Source of the DNA: Raja brachyura
Taxonomy: Eukaryota
DNA: 64,000 bases
Assembly (NCBI GenBank): GCA_963514005.1
Contig: OY740799.1
Span: 18,538,001 to 18,602,000 of the forward strand
Reading direction: 5' to 3'
Made by a program: the position numbers and the translations under genes. This document shows positions 62,261 to 64,000 of this stretch, in pieces; positions within the stretch are counted from its first letter, which is position 1, and the number at the start of each line of letters is the position of its first letter. The notes under the pieces were generated by a model, which was not told the DNA's origin, did no database searches, and was given only the letters and a program-made list of their open reading frames with translations.

Positions 62261-62912
62261 ATCTACGATACACCCACTTTAATGTTAGAACTTGGGCCTC
62301 TGGCATTTTGCATCTTGTTCACCTTTGATGCGTGAGCCTGAGAAAATGCGTAAATATGCTTGATTGCATTTACTCTGAAGGTCAGGGTTGAGAGCTGCAA
62401 ACAGAATGGAATTCAAATCTGTGGCAAAGTCACATTCTTTAACCTAACGAGTCAGACAGCATTTATGGCATGAAAAATCACAATTAGGCAAGGGTTTTGA
62501 GATAGCAGTGGAATATTCCGATAATATGCTTCTTGAGCTAAAGTACCTGAGAATACACAGTAAACATCCATGACTCAGATAACACTTTGTGCCTAAAAAC
62601 AATCTGCTGGAAGATCTCAGTGGGTCAGGCAGCATCTATGAATGAAGTCTGTTGAAGGATCCTGACCCAAAACGTAGTCTGTCCATTTTTATCAGTCTTA
62701 AGCTGACCTGCAGAGATCCTCCAGCGGTTCCGTTTGTTACTCAAGATTTCTGCATCTGCCATCTCTTGTTTCAGCATCTTATGCCTTATTGGAAAAGAAA
62801 ACAGCCTGAAAGTCCCCTCTGCTCGTAGTCTGTTTCCAATCAGTGCCAATGGACAGTTCACTACTGTGTCTAAGTACAAGTTTACAAATTAATGCTGATC
62901 TTTTTGTTCCAG

Positions 62913-63019
62913 ATTTGTGCAGTATTGGGCCAGAATTGGTAGTGAGAACAACATGACGACTTGTCACCAACCCATCTGTCGGAAGGAGGGAGTTTTGTTG
63001 GACTATTCAACTGATGGAG
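62913..63019 (+). CDS. RELN: Reelin exon 29: [35 protein letters not shown]
   Basis: ttccag| ... g|gtgaga; 107 nt, phase 2-1. Confidence 0.95.
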
Positions 63020-63394
63020 GTGAGATTTATTCACTGTCTTACTAATTGTGTAATTAGTTGAAATACTTCTTCCTGTCCAAATTAATCAGACTAATCACTG
63101 TGGCGTTTGAAAGAGGAAATGGAAACCCAACCAGCGTTAGTAATTGGCTGAATTTGTAGCATTTCATTGGCATATTCGGACATAAGTTAGAGTAAGACAT
63201 GTCAGTGGGAATTTTGAGGGAGACAACTCATAAACCTTTGTAGATAAGTATGTGATGAACAGAAGGATTGAAAAACATATTTGTGCATTAGGATGAAGTA
63301 AAATGGAAAGAGGCTTGTGTGAGGAGCAGGAAGGAATCTGAGGGGGAAGATTCACATGCAGATCTATTGGCATCTGCCAGAGGAGGCCATACAG

Positions 63395-64000
63395 TCATAG
63401 AACCATATGACATGGAAACATGCCCTTCAGCCCAATTCCTGCACCACGACCAAATTGCCTAACTGAGTTAGTCCCATTGCCTATATGTGCCCCATATCCC
63501 TCTAAACCTTTACTCTCCATGAACCACTCCAAGTAGCTTTTAAATGTTGTCATTGTATTCACCGCCACCATGTCCTCTGGCTGCTTATTCCATATACGCA
63601 ACATCTTGTGTGTGGACAAAGTTGCCCCTGGGGTTCCTTTCAAATCACCATAAACCTATACTCTACAGTTTTAGACATCCCAACCCTCGGGAAAAGACTG
63701 TGGCAATTCACACTATTTAGTCCCGTCATACTTTTATAAACCTCAATGCTTAATAGACTGACCAATGAAGACAAGCTTGCTAAAAACCTTCTTCCCCATC
63801 CTGTATACCCATGTTGCCACTTCCATGTACTGCACCCCTAGATCTCTACGTTCACCAACATTCCCCAGGGCCCTCCTATAAACACCTTGCGTTAATCTGA
63901 ATTAAACTCCATTTGCCATTCCTCAGTCCATTGGCCCAGTTGCTCAGATCCCATTGTAATCAGAGATAACCTCCTTCACCATCCACAATACCACCAATGT
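63395..64000 (-). mobile_element. CR1-clade LINE 3' fragment running to the window end
   Basis: tcatagaacc...ggaaacatgcccttcagccc tail; resembles other CR1 3' ends here. Confidence 0.55.

Larger units (their letters stand above)
197..63019 (+). other. RELN: Reelin gene, partial (reelin repeats 3-7; 29 coding exons; gene extends beyond both ends)
   Basis: Spliced exons give one continuous 5239-nt frame with repeated BNR/Asp-box motifs (QYSxDxGxxW), TRFRWxQ / WAIDNV motifs and five EGF-like domains. It is colinear with vertebrate reelin as I recall it. Confidence 0.98.

Noticed and set aside
1-64000. CRISPR array, retron or other prokaryotic RT-based system
   Set aside because: This is a spliced vertebrate gene. 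The RT is a Penelope-type retroelement, and the repeated motifs are dispersed transposon ends, not regularly spaced repeat-spacer units.

Overview
This is vertebrate genomic DNA, very probably from a cartilaginous fish (skate/ray-type repeat landscape with HE1-like SINEs). The whole window lies inside the reelin gene (RELN) on the + strand. I traced 29 GT-AG coding exons (197..63019; 5239 nt, about 1746 codons, phases consistent throughout) encoding reelin repeats 3 to 7. From my recollection of the human gene these correspond to about exons 27-55. The gene continues beyond both window edges. The introns are rich in transposons: a young 5'-truncated Penelope-like element (RT plus GIY-YIG) with a 16-bp TSD, many short Penelope-derived insertions, HE1-like V-SINEs, CR1 fragments, two Harbinger-type MITEs and a probable non-autonomous Helitron. 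The most notable signals are (1) hammerhead-ribozyme cores in the Penelope termini, intact only antisense to RELN, (2) a family of miniature fold-back Penelope derivatives with their own TSDs, (3) an inverted duplication with ~220-bp arms in one intron, and (4) a diverged N-terminal proteolytic site in reelin. No prokaryotic systems are present. Comparisons to human/mouse reelin and to repeat consensus sequences are from memory, not from a database search.
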